Assembly: GCA_964252035.1 (NCBI GenBank)
Contig: OZ176213.1
Strand: one strand, 5' to 3'
DNA from: Podarcis erhardii
Taxonomy: Eukaryota
Length of the DNA: 64,000 nt
The stretch's first letter is position 1, and every line of letters begins with the position of its first letter. The notes beneath the pieces are model-generated. The model was given only the letters and a program-made list of their open reading frames with translations, made no database searches and was not told the origin of the DNA. This document shows, piece after piece, positions 49,822 to 62,556 of this stretch. The position numbers and the translations under genes are program-made.

Positions 49822-49990
49822 GAAGCTGCCTTCTACCAAGTTGGACCACTGATCCAACTAGCTCCATATTGTCTGCACTGAGTGTCATAAGCTCTACAGG
49901 GCTGCAGACTGGGAATCTCTCCCAGCTCTTCATGGAGATGCCAGGGACCTTCTACATGCAAAGCAGATGCTCTAACCACAGAGCCATGGC
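49822..49990 (-). mobile_element. tRNA-headed SINE with CR1-like tail
   Basis: GAAGCTGCCTT tail and GGACCTTCTACATGCAAAGCAGATGCTCTA head, both in reverse orientation. Confidence 0.6.
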
Positions 49991-52162
49991 CATTTCCCCA
50001 TGAATGAGGGCTTCCTTGAGCCACCTCACAACAAGAACGTGTGTGTGTGTGTGTGTACACACGCATACATATATACATACAGGCCAATACGCACACACTG
50101 GCATTTCTCGCCAACAAATTTGGCTCGTGAGGCTACAGGGTTTCAATTTGATGTTGGCTCCATAGGCAAAAAGACAACCATATTGTTTTGGGCGGAGACC
50201 AGTTTTTGCAAGCAAACCGGAACTGGCCAATTTGTTTGTTTGTTGCCTTGAGAGCAATTTCTCAAAAAGTAGTCAGGGCTGCTGCTTCCCCGCCTCCCCA
50301 TCCCTACCTTCAAAAATAATGTTAGATGATTAAACCTTGGCTGAATGTAGCAGGTGCAGTTTTGTCTCATGCTTGAGGGGTCCCTTGATGCTGGAAGCAG
50401 AAAGCAGGGAGGGGAGTCTTGATGGGTTTTGCAGACCATGGAACCTCTTGGGATGATGCTGGTGGTGTCATGGCAGGGGCAAGGGGAGGAGCTTACTGGA
50501 TCAAGCCCCCTCTCCAGGAGGGGGGAATTGGGAGATGGACAGCTCTGAAGGGGGGGGAGGTTATTTCCCTGTCTCGTTTTTTTTTAGTTGGAGAAACTAA
50601 ATGCAAGAGGGAATCACAGAAAGCTGAGAGGCTCCTTGAGATTCCCATTATCAATCCAGTATTGCAGGACAGAAAATCTTTAACCCCTTAACTGCCTAGT
50701 GTGCTGAAAACCTGTAGCCCCACAGGGCAGCCTAAACATGTAAGAAAAAGTGATAAGAAAAGGTGGTCATTTATTCTACTGGGATAAATGGAAGGTACAA
50801 AAAATTTCAGCTACACTGGAACATCACACAGATCTTGAGACCTGGGCCCTTTGCACGACAGTGTTCTTAAACTTTGAAAAATGCGAAGGAATTACTGTCT
50901 TCCCAAAGTGATTTTTAAATTTCAGCTCCACTTATAATGGAAAGCAGGCAGTAATCACCTACCAACGCACAGCCCTGGTTAATAGCTGAAGCCTGAGGTG
51001 AGATCTCATGTTAATCAAGCACTTCAATTAGCATTTAGTTAGGAGAGATTCAAATAAAAACCTCTCCCACAGCCCTCAGTTCACACTTGAGACTATACCC
51101 AAAGATTTGTTAGATTCAAGTAGGAATGGGAGGAGGGAGCAGGGGAGATTTGATTCAGTTTGTACTTAAAGGCGAACCAAGTTATTTTACACCATCTGAA
51201 GCAATATGTGAACTGAAGCACAGTGATCTCTTGAAATTCTTACTTCTCCAAATTTTGCAATGCTGTTCTCCAGCCGAGTCATGTGGGGAGGGGGGAAAAT
51301 GCCCCCCTGGCCACATAGAGGAAATTCTTGCTCCCAACAAGGACTCCCCAGGAAACTGTCAACTTACAAGTCCAATGTATACTTGGAGCAAACAAATGCA
51401 AAATTGAACAAATATAAGATGTGGGGGAAATTCACTTACTGCTCCAAGCATGATTCTGAAGATAAGCCATCGATAGCCCCAGATGACTATGCGGGAAGGT
51501 GGGGTGCGTCTGGGCAACTGGGAAAGTGTCCAGAGAGGGCAGAGGAATATTCCTAAAAAACCTGTCTCCAGAAGCTGAGATTCCCATCCTAGAGGAGAAA
51601 TAATGGGAGTTACACATTAGTTTGCAGGAGAACTAAGCGACAGTTCACCTGCAACATGCAGCTTTATTGTCAGCAGAGTGATGGTCTCTGTTAAGCCGAG
51701 AGATTGCAATGTTTGAGCATAAGTGGAAGGAAATACCTCCCAAGTACCAAGAGGTAGCCTGCTTCAGCAAAAACAAGAAAGGCTACTTTTTATCTCCTAT
51801 CATGAGATACATTCATTTACAAACCACTTAGTATTTCAAACATCTCTTTTAAATAGTTTGAAAAACAAACAATATAACAGTAAAACAAAAAACGCAAAAT
51901 AATACCAATAAATAAAACAGTAGTTACAGATGAAGCAAAAATTTGGGAGATCTAAGAAGATAAAACAGGGTCCAGTCTTATAGGACAGGAAAAGCCAGGG
52001 CAAAAAAACAGAGCCTTCGGGAGACACCTAAAGCAACTGCTTCACATATGGAAGAGGAAAGGGTTAGGCAACAGCAGAAAATGTCCGTTTTTGGGTCACT
52101 GCCCTATGATGAGTATATGGGGCATGCTGCCAGCAGCAGAATTTCCCCCAGATGACCTAAGT

Positions 52163-52656
52163 CAATGGTTCCCAAAAAAATTCGCCTGCTTGGTCCCATA
52201 GATTCTTCTCCAGTGATCCCTACTCTATAAAAAACATTATTCAGAATAAAGGTTTGCACAACCCACTAAGGAAGATAATAACACAATACAGTTTAAAACA
52301 GCAACAATTAATTGCACGTTTATTCAAAAACCAATTAAAACTATTTCGTTTAATTAATTCCACAACACTGATGAGTTTGATCCAGTGGCACAAGCTTCTC
52401 TGTCATCCACAGCTCTAGCACCCCCCTGCTGATCCCATTGGAATCATAGCATCCCTTAGGTCAGCAGTTCTCAACCTGTGGGTCCCCAGATGTTGTTGGA
52501 CTATAACTCCCATCATCCTTGAGCTCTGGCCTTGCTAGTTAGGGGTGATGGGAGTTGTAGTTCAACAACATCTGGGGACACACAGGTTGAGAAAGGCTGC
52601 CTTAAGTAATCTCATTGCCACCAAAAGGGTGGTACCATCCACTTTGGGAACCACTG
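52163..52656. mobile_element. hAT non-autonomous element (family of 12333, reversed) carrying a nested MITE
   Basis: Termini CAATGGTTCCCAAA / TTTGGGAACCACTG. The interior GGTTTGCACAACCCACTAAGGAAGATAATAACAC is the reverse complement of 12549-12587. Confidence 0.75.
52462..52599. mobile_element. Near-perfect hairpin hAT MITE with 8-bp TSD
   Basis: About 55-60 bp inverted arms. TSD is CCTTAGGT (52454-52461) / CCTTAAGT (52600-52607). Confidence 0.88.
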
Positions 52657-55059
52657 CTGTAGAGTAATATAATAATAATTAATAATAAAAATTTATTATT
52701 TATACCCCACCCATCTGGCTGAGTTTCCCCAGCTACTGGGATATTCTTGCCCGTCACCCACCAAAGTCCCCTGCTTATCAAATGTGTTAGAGAGGTAGAA
52801 TTCCATCCCATGTCATACCAAGTTACAATATTTGCATTTTATTTCCCTTCCAGCTCCAGCAAAACACACACAACATAAAATATCCAAATGATTATTAAGA
52901 AAAGGAGGGAGGGGACATAAAAGAGTTTACACTGATGAAAAAAGACTTTTATAGAAGGGCCTTCACTCTGATTAGTTCTTAGTGGGGGTTCTTTGTTCTC
53001 TGATGCTCTGTACTTGTTTAAAATTCAATAAAATATATATTAAAAGACAAAATAAGAGGGTCTGCCCTGTTACTATTTCAGCGTGAGCAAAACAACTAAG
53101 TCACAGGTTGAACAAAAAGACATACATCTCAGTAAAGTATATGTGACAGAAATAATAAACAACCCAATTGCTATGTATCAGTTAAATGAATTCCACTAAT
53201 TAAATGAACAACATACACATATCAGTACAAAAGGTATATAAATAACAATAGAATAAATTTCATATATGAATAAGCTTTGTCCTTATTTCTATGTACACAT
53301 TCCAAATGAGTGAACTTTTGACATATTAATTCTACTGCTGGTTTTAATATTAATTCTACAGTTGCTTAGAACTTGTACAAAAATATTAACTCTCCTGTTG
53401 GTTAAAATATCAATCTTGCTGTTGTTTGGAACTTGAAGGGCCACCTTAGGCAAATATATAATGGGAGAAATAAGTACACCTTTGCTGAAGCAAGATTATT
53501 CCATAAACAAGAACCTTCCCAATTTACACACGCTGGAGACAATTTTAGCTCACAAACTCTGCTGAGTATCCTTCACCTATACTTAAGTCAGTGTTTCCTA
53601 AATTCCTGACAGCAGAGAGAGAGAAACATTCTGAATTGAAACTGGGAGAATGATTCACATATATATCCCCCCTTCTCAAAAGTAAACCTATTGCCTGTCC
53701 TCAGAGCCCACTGATTGGGTCTCCCAAATACATCAGGGCAAGCACAGAAAAGGAATTCATCCAGAGTTGCAAGAGGAAGCTTGGCACAGGGAAGAGTGAA
53801 CGAATGAACCAGGTTGCTTCTGATACAGGTATCACTGCTGTTATAAAGGGGGCCGGGGCAGAGCAATGAATCATACAGGGATGCAGCAGGCAGCCTCCTG
53901 GTGGGAAGGGACTGAACTGAAGCTCACAGAAGCTTTTATTTATGAATTACGGGACATGCAAGCAGGTCTCTAAAAACACATTAGGGTGCCTGCTGCTGTG
54001 TTTTGGGAATCACGGCCTCGCATAATTAAAGGGCTGTTGAATAACTGAAAATGTGCAGATCTTGATCTCATGATGAGCAAGACTATTTTCTGAATATTGA
54101 AGGAAAGCAAAAAATAACCATGAATGGAACAGCCTTTTTGTTCTGCTAACTGTAGACCCAACAATTCCCTTCAATTAAAACTTAATGACTGTTTTCCCCT
54201 TCGTGATTGAGCTTTGATTATAAAAGGGGGGGGGGATTCTCATTTTCTCTGCACACATCCTGTGGTTTCTAGGAGATAACACTCACTGCCAAAGCCAGCA
54301 CTTTTTGTGGAGCAGAACGCAGATCTGCAGTTGCAAAAGCAGCTGCATCAGAAAAGCGAGGGGAGACGGCAGAGCTTGAAAGGTTAATTGTTCCTGATGG
54401 CGGCCACAAATAGCAGTTATGGGCTCTGAACTGGCACCCGAAGGGTAGTATATCTCACTTGATTCAGCCCGAACAAGAACCCCAGTGTTATCAGGGCTTT
54501 CACATGCTAATTATCACAACCCTATTCCAGAAAAAACAACTGGGTCCACTGGATCACCACCCGACAGTGCATTATCCCCCCCCCACCCCAATTCTTCAAC
54601 AGGGATCCTGCAGGCCACATCAGCCCCCTACCTCATTCTCTCTCCCCCACCCACATCACCCAGCACCATTGTCCCATTCATTTTCTTCTCAGCTGCCCTA
54701 GCTCCAACCACCACACTCCCTTTTGTCTGTGCTAAGCACACATCTGTATTAAGAGGAAGTCACAGGTGGGGAGTCTCTGGCCAAATGTCAGGTCTCTTTA
54801 TCTGGCTCTTTTGGACTCTGTCCAGGCCATGTCCTTCACGGGCCCTGCTCTGCACACTCCTGAGGGGCTCTTGCCTGGCTGGACTGCAATCATGCCTCTT
54901 GTTGGATGGAGAACTATTGATTCTGTGTAAGCAGAAGCCACTGTGTGTGGCTGGACGTTAGCCTATAGTGTAAAGAGAACAGCCAACTGTTTCACCTGGC
55001 CCCACCTGCAACTGGTATGCAGCCCTCAGAAGGTTGCTAACAGGCCCTCAGATGTAAAG

Positions 55060-55960
55060 GAGAAGTGTGTTATCAGCATATTGATGACAACGTAATCCAA
55101 AACTCTGGATAATCCAACTCAGCAGTTTCATGAGGGATATAACCAAATCTTGAGGGACCCCACACTGAAGGCTCTGAGGGGCCTAAGAACACTCCCCAAG
55201 TATCACTTTCTAGAAACAACCATCCAATTAGGACCAGAGCCACCTCCAAGCAATGCCACCCACCCCTAGCTCGGACAGCTGCTCCAGAAGTATACCATGG
55301 TCGATGGTATTGAAGGCCACTGAGAGGTTGAGGAGAATTAACAGGGACACATTTACCCTGTCTCTCTCCCAACAAAAGTCATCATACAGGGTAACCAAAG
55401 CAGTTTCTGTGCCAAAACCAGCCCAAAGCTACAACTGAAATACATCTAGACAATCAGATTCCTCCAAGAGCACATGGATCTGGTTCACAGCCACCTGCTC
55501 AAGAACCTTGCCCAAGAAGGATTGGCAACTGGCCAGTAGTTACCTTTGATTTTCCAAATGTAGGGAGGTCTTCTTCTTTACCATTGCCTCTTTCAACCCC
55601 GTCCCACAAGGGGGCATTAATCATCTCCCTGGTCCAGCTAGTTATCCCCTTTCTAATTTTGATGAGCCAAGAGGAGCAAGGGTCCAGAGTACATGTGGTC
55701 ATCCTGGCCAATCCAAGCATTTTGTCCATATCCTCAAGCCTCATCCAACACAACAGGACTAGTGCTCTGGACACCCCTTGAGATTCGTCTGATGTAAGAG
55801 AGGAGTTAAGATGCCGGTGGATACAAGCGGTTTAATCCTCAAAACGCTTTGCAAACAACTCACAGTGAGCTACCATCAGTTCTGCCACCTCCTTCGGGCC
55901 AGACTGTAAGAGGCCCCACACAACCCAGCTCTGCCAGACGACACAATGAGGATACAATGG
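55060..55960 (-). mobile_element. Old degenerate L2 ORF2 remnant
   Basis: Minus-strand peptides HCELFAKRFED, TTCTLDPCSSWLI and GVPQD..QSFGLRCHQYADNT are colinear with the L2 at 19.7-21.4 kb. Confidence 0.7.
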
Positions 55961-56349
55961 AGGCAGTATGTATTCTTTGCTGCTTTCACTGCCACTAAGT
56001 AGGCTTGATGATGAGCCCTCACCAGTGTTCAATTGCATTCAACCAGAGTTTTCCTCTACTCGCGTTTGAGCTACCTAGCTGCTTGTATCTACACCCTAAC
56101 TCTGGAGTGCTATTGCACTGAAGCCCCATACTGGCAGGTGCTCATGTGAGTTTTAATTTAAAACACCTGGCAGGTACTGGGTTCTCAAAAGCTGACATAT
56201 ATCCTTCTTAAAGTGCAGTGCCCAGAACAGGACACAGTACATCAGAGGAGATCCAACCAGCATGGAACAAATGGAAGAACCGCTTCTTGTGACTTGGAAA
56301 CTCTGGTCCCAGTAACACCCACTAAAACTTCATTAGCCTTTTTCTGCAG

Positions 56350-56511
56350 CCAGGTCATACTGCATTCAGCATCACAGAAGAACAACCCTGTTTGAATACC
56401 ACCTGGAAGAGGATTTGCAGCAGCCCTGAGAGTCACCAAAAGCACCAGCGTAAGACGCACGGAAGAGCAGGCCTCTGTTCCGACGTGAAAAACGAGGAGT
56501 GCCTCCAAATG
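56350..56511 (+). other. Candidate 162-nt symmetric exon (unassigned)
   Basis: CTAAA branch-like motif, CCTTTTTCTGCAG| acceptor and a frame-0 open reading. The donor ATG|GTATTC is weak. Confidence 0.15.
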
Positions 56512-58416
56512 GTATTCCCATCAAGTACTTGTGAACCGCTCTTCATACTGAAGATAGGGGCCCAATAGGTGCAATTCTGAATTATGTGTCTGTGTCAACT
56601 GGGGGCGGGGAGGCCTCAATGGAGCCTCCAAAACCACAAGACCACACAGCAGGCTCCTTCGTTTCCCCTTCCTTTTTCTTGGATCCCAGCTGCTGGCAGG
56701 GGCTCACCCACTAGATTTTAATTTGTACCTGGCACAACATACACCCTTAGGCATTTTATTACTATTACTATATCAGGCAGGTGAGGAAGGGACCCCAAAC
56801 CCAGTAAGGGAAAAGGGGGGAGTACAGCTTAGAATTTCACCCGATGTACCAGAATGCCTAATGGTCCGGAATTCTCTGCATGGAAATTTATGGGGGGCTT
56901 TTTGGCCTAGGAGGCTGATCTCCCCCACCCCTCCTGGTGCACCTGCCAGGCTTCTTCCAGAGCTGAATTCCTGGCACTGCCATCTTCTGGGGATGGTTCC
57001 AACATCCCAATCTCGTTTTAAAATGTGCCAGGATTTATTTATTGAGGTGGATAATTCCATCATGCAGCTGGAAAGGGCTTGGAAGGAGGGGTGAAGAGAA
57101 TCTTATTGATGAGCCAGCCTGGAGAAAACAGAGCTCCCCCAGCTGTTAAAAAAACACAAAATAAATTCTTAAGTTACCCACTGACACCAGCAACAGCTGA
57201 GACAGTGATCAACAGTGTTTACTGGTCAGTGAGGCCAGAGAGCACCATAATTTCAAAATATTCAATGGACTGGGCAGCCCCCAGTTTGGAAAATGTCTTT
57301 TATTTTTAATAATTTTATTGATTTTAAAAAAATTAATGCCCCTTAAAAATTCAAGGTATACTGTGAAAATACACCATAGGAATACACAGTCTGCAGTGTA
57401 TAATATGATATAACCCAGAACAAACAAAAAATGTCTGGATGTCTGTGAAAATTCAAGATTGTTTTCCTTATTCGTGTAATCAATAAAACAGCACCAGTCA
57501 GTTATAAATGAGTTTCTGTGTCTCTGTCCTTCAGCTGGTCATATTTTGCTGCTCTTTCAGCCTTTGGTCAACAATGGCTACTGCTAACTGGGCAGTTTTT
57601 TTACAGATTTGGGTATCACTCTAATAGACCTCTTCTTCCCCACAAATTTGTCTCACATCCTTTCACAGCCATTAGCCTAAGGAAAACAGAAGTCTATCTT
57701 TCACAATAATAAATGGAAAACCCAACTTCAATATAACCGATGAGGATTCCATTTTCCTACTTCAATACTGAGATTACCTTACAGGAGCCAGCAGGAAACA
57801 GATTTCCCCACCTGAACCCTGCTGAAGTAGCGCAAGCACCCATCACCAGACCCAGACTTTTCCACAATGAATCAAGCAGGCCCAAGGTCTGCACATGAAG
57901 CTGGGAGATATGGCATCACAGCTTGCTAGGAATTTGCAAGCAAATACTGGAGAACGGTCATAGTTCAGAGGCACAGTACACACTTTGCATGCAGAAGGTC
58001 TCCAGTGGCACTACTGAGTTAGATGAGCCAATGTTCTGACCCGATATGAGGGTCACACACACACCCTTCTAAGCATTAAAACAAATCTCCCAAAAGTATC
58101 ATACGTCAATATATTGGCCTAAATATCAGCTGGGAGCCAACAGAAGGAAAACAGAGCAGTCAGCCACCAGCAATGAAAATGAACACTCCACCATCTTGAC
58201 AGAGCATATTGGCAATAGAAGTCCCACATACGATTCTGTGACATTTGGGGAGCTTTTATAAAGGGAAACCACAAACACACACAAAAAATTTCCTCGTTAA
58301 GGATACCCCTTCTGGGCTCCGCTGTGTCCTCACCCAGCCACTCCCGCCCCACTGCCCAGCGGCCCTCTCTGCATACTGATACTTCTGGGAACGAAAGGGT
58401 CACATTGTTGACCCAC

Positions 58417-58460
58417 CTGCTCCCGTTTTCTTTTGGTTGGGTCTCGTCAAATTTCAGCAG
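58417..58460 (-). other. Candidate 44-nt exon (unassigned)
   Basis: Minus strand reads TGTCCTGCCCTTGCAG|CTGCTG...GGAGCAG|GTGGGT, inside a TE-free CpG-retaining block. Confidence 0.25.
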
Positions 58461-60059
58461 CTGCAAGGGCAGGACAATGAGCGCTACTGTTATCTAGGCG
58501 GAGGGAATGGATGCAATTTAAGATGGAATAAAATAAAAAATGGCACGGATTTCAACGGCTGCACTCGCCTCACACGTGTTCAGAATGTACGGTACGTGCG
58601 CCTAACTGGGTGCAGAAAAATAAGCCAATTTTCTTTCTTTCTTTTTTAAAGAAAGTATCTTCTTGGAAAATGCTGGAGAATGCCACAAACGCTAATGCTT
58701 TTCGGTCAAGATCGCATGCATTAAACTTAATCTGTCACCCTTCACACACTTCGAAAAATCTTCCAGAAATCAACCATATAAACCAATGTTTAACGACCAA
58801 CATCTGTTGGCTGGAAAATCTCTCTCTGGCTACACATTCGTAAGGATGCTTCATTAAAGACCATGCAGTTGTTGACCAAGATGAGGTGGGAGACTTGTGT
58901 GAAATTGGACAAATCGACTGCTCATCTACTGTCTCCCCTGGTGGGTCATAAGCCCCCAGGGTGTAATTTGTGAAACATTCTGCAGAACGCATGAAATAAT
59001 CCGCATTATCAATACAGAACGCATTGCAAACGGAAAGCTATTCAGTCCACACACACACATTCACACACAGAAATTTAAGACATGCACACTTACTACAGAG
59101 TATGCCCCACTGAACATAATGGGACAACACTCCCAAGCAAACCTGTAAAGCATTGCAGAGTTTGGGGGGGGGGAAGCACACATAACACAGATTTATGGGG
59201 GAATGGGTAATGTTCCTTATGTTCTGCAATAAAAAATTACCAGGACAATGTACAATTGTGTGATGTGTTTGATCTATCATAATCTTATAAATATTATTCA
59301 CATTTCTCTGTTGCAAAATAAATAAATAAAGCAAGCAAGCTGGCAGCAGAAAAATAATTTTACAGACTGGTACAAGTAGCTTCATTAAAGGAATGAAAAA
59401 TAAAAAAACAAAGCTTTAGAATGTGAACTAGAAACCACTTTTTATATTCCTAAGGATGAATTGAGGTTTAGCTTTGGTTATATTAAATTTGTACATTGCT
59501 TCCCACTCAGTGTAAGAAACTCCGCTATATAAGCTAGGCACCAAATGGCTCCTGAAACCAGGGTTACAGTTACCAAAATAGAATGTCTAGTTGCCATTTG
59601 GAGGCAGATGGCTCAAAAGTCATATTTTTCAATACGATTTTTTGGTTGCTGAAATTTTACTGATTGTACTGATTGTGCAGATAAAATATCATGGATAGAA
59701 TTCTAAAGGATGTGTTGATAATGTGTGGAAACAGGCACGATCCAAGGATTCCCAGACATGCGCGTCCAGATGATGGAGATGTCATGGGCCATCCTGGCAC
59801 CTGGGCATCTTCACTTGGTTGCAGTAACTACTACTTATGAAAAGCCCCCTCCCCACATGATGATATCTATATCAACTGTAGATTTAGTTGCTTAGTATGT
59901 CTGTTAAAGATTAGGATGCTCAGAAAAACACACTCCCTTTCAGCGTTCATTAAAACAAGAGTCTTGCTGTTTATGCAGATATATACACCTTTCTGAACAT
60001 TGTTATTGTTATTTATTTTTAAAGCACTGAATATCTCTTTCTGCCTCCTCTTCTACTTC

Positions 60060-60560
60060 TTCAATAGTCTAGCAGACGTCACGCCACAATAAATTCATCA
60101 CGCCTTCACGGCGCCACAAAACTCAGCCCTCTCTCCCCCCCACCACCATATTTTTTTAAGCAAACCCTTGAACAAGTTATAAGCCCGGTATGCTTTTGAG
60201 GTCAAGCCTACAGAAGATAGTGCAGAGATTCCAGTCAAGAGAAACCTTTCTCCAACCGTTCCACAAACAGAAAAGGAACGGCAAGAAAAGCTTCCATTTT
60301 AAAATAGGGGGGGAGGAAACCACCCGTAATTCTGAAGGGAGCCGCAAATCGTAATGGGACGTGGGGTCATTCCGTTTTATGGCGCGACTTCGTTTATGAA
60401 AGAAGAAAACTCGAGAATCAAAAGGCCCATCCATCAAGTCCACTTGACAAGGAAATAGCTGAAGAGTTGAAGGTGGTCAGGGGACCATTTCACCGCAACA
60501 CCTAAAGAGAAATTTCCCAGCGGAGAGAGTGGTTAAGAGTCTCTCAATCTAAGCTCCAAA
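60060..60560. promoter_or_regulatory. Candidate hypomethylated enhancer or alternative promoter
   Basis: About 19 CpGs in about 460 bp of non-repeat sequence, with CAATAAA, TTTTATGG and TTTATGA motifs. Confidence 0.4.
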
Positions 60561-61133
60561 TTCATTGGCGCCACAGCCTTCTAAAGTTACTCTTCTCAGC
60601 CCCACAAGCAACTCAGCCCCACCCCACCCCCCAAAAAAACAGTTCCTCCACCTCCTTCCTCTACTCCACATCACCAGATTCATAGAAGAGGGCTTTTTAA
60701 AAAGGTCACTCATCAAGTTGTTCAGACCTCAATCAAGCATCACCAAATATATCCTCTCACATGCCCAGAGGCTTAAAAAGCTAACACTTTTGGGTTATGG
60801 TGTCAGCTTCAAGCCAGTGTTTCTAGGGTTCCCTCTGGCATGACCCCTAGACCCCTCCCCAGAATTTTCAGCTTTTATTTAAGTGCAGGCACAAAAAAAC
60901 AAGTCACTGCAACCTTTCTTTATAGGGGAGTCACTCCAGCTTAACCCAATTAAGCAATTCATTGTAATATTGATTATGCTTAGCATTGTACTGGCTTCTG
61001 GTCTGTAACCTAGAGAGTCATCACCAATCTGATGGACCAGTGGTCTGACACTGTATAAGACACCTTCCTAACCTCCTGCTTATATAAGCCAGCTATTCAG
61101 AACCATGAGGACTGGAATCTTACTTTATATTTA

Positions 61134-61330
61134 GGGGAAGGACTGTAGTTTGTGGTAGAGCACCTGCTTTGCATTCAGAAGGTCCCAGGTTCAATCCTCG
61201 TCATCTCCAAGTAAGAGTAGGAGAGCCTCCCTGCATAAAACCATGGAGAGCTGCTGCCAGTCAGTGTAGACAATACTAAGCTATATGGGCCAATGGTCTG
61301 ATTCTATATAAGGCAGCTTCCTAAGTTCTT
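61134..61330 (+). mobile_element. tRNA-headed SINE with CR1-like tail
   Basis: GTGGTAGAGCACCTGCTTTGCATTCAGAAGGTCCCAGGTTCAATCC head and GGGCCAATGGTCTGA..ATAAGGCAGCTTCCTA tail. Confidence 0.8.
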
Positions 61331-62129
61331 GTGCTGGGCTACGATCTCAGGGTAGAAGGAGAAATCAGGGTGCTATAAATTTACACGGAGGGAGGGTGAC
61401 AGAAGAAAGACCCTGTCCAAAGGCAGACTTCTGTAGAGGCTTAACTCACCCCCACCCCTTTTTCAGAAGCATCCAGGAGTTGAAAAACATTATCAACAAC
61501 TTCAGGGTCTTTTTTAAAAAAAAGGGAAAAAAAGTATATGTGGCACAGGGGGAAACAGAAAGAATTTAGCACAAAACTTTTAAAAGCTCCCAATTACTCT
61601 CCAGGGTAGTCATTAGAAACTACTTAGGTGACAGGAAGGCGATATCTAAGTTAATGCAGCAATAAATTAGCTCTCTTCTACCCCTCCACCCCCTCCACCC
61701 ATCCTCCCTTCCCCTCGTCGTTTTGGAGCAAAGCTGCAAGTGACAGAGAAATCAGTGGGGAAGATTTTAATTCTTCTTTTTTTTTTTTTAATGCTTAAAA
61801 GTTAATGGATGTCCTGTTTCCAGTTCCGTAGGTGGATGTCATTCTGAGAGATCACTGTGTTATCACATTTAATTAGATCCATCTTAAGGAAATTTGAAAT
61901 AATTTTGATACGCACAGTGAAGTGCAGGAGGTTCTCTGAAACCCCAGTGCAATGGGGCAGTCAGTCAGTGATGGGCTACACATCCCAGAGCCCCTTGGAA
62001 TATTGGCCTGTCATTGGTAGTTAGTGGGAGACTTCCCAGGATCCAGGATTCCAGGGCCAGGTTCAAATGCAATGCTCCCAGTCCAACAAACTATAGTTTG
62101 CTTATGCACATGTGAAGTAAGCTCCTGTG

Positions 62130-62490
62130 TAAGGTAAAGATAAAGGGACCCCTGACCATTAGGTCCAGTCGTGACCAACTCTGGGTTTGCGGTGCTCATC
62201 TCGCTTTATTGGCCGGGGGAGCCGGCGTACAGCTTCCAGGTCATGTGGCCAGCAGAACTAAGCCGCTTCTGGCAAACCAGAGCAGCACACGGAAATGCCG
62301 TTTACCTTCCTGCTGGAGCGGTACCTATTTATCTACTTGCACTTTGACTTGCTTTTGAACTGCTAGGTGGGCAGGAGCAGGGACCAAGCAACGGGAGCTC
62401 ACCCCGTCGTGGGGATTCGACCCGCCGACCTTCTGATCGGCAAGTCCTAGGCTCTGTGGTTTAATCCACAGTGCCACCCACATCCCACCG
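62130..62490 (-). mobile_element. Sauria SINE with 10-bp TSD
   Basis: AGCTCCTGTG occurs at 62120-62129 and 62491-62500. Confidence 0.93.
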
Positions 62491-62556
62491 AGCTCCTGTG
62501 CAGCCTTCCCCAAATACTTCCTGCTTGCTAAAGAAGAGCTTCTTGTGATGTTTATA

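Noticed and set aside
54485-54961. 158-aa plus-strand ORF
   Set aside because: Low-complexity Pro/Ser translation of a C-rich tract, with no domain or splice support.
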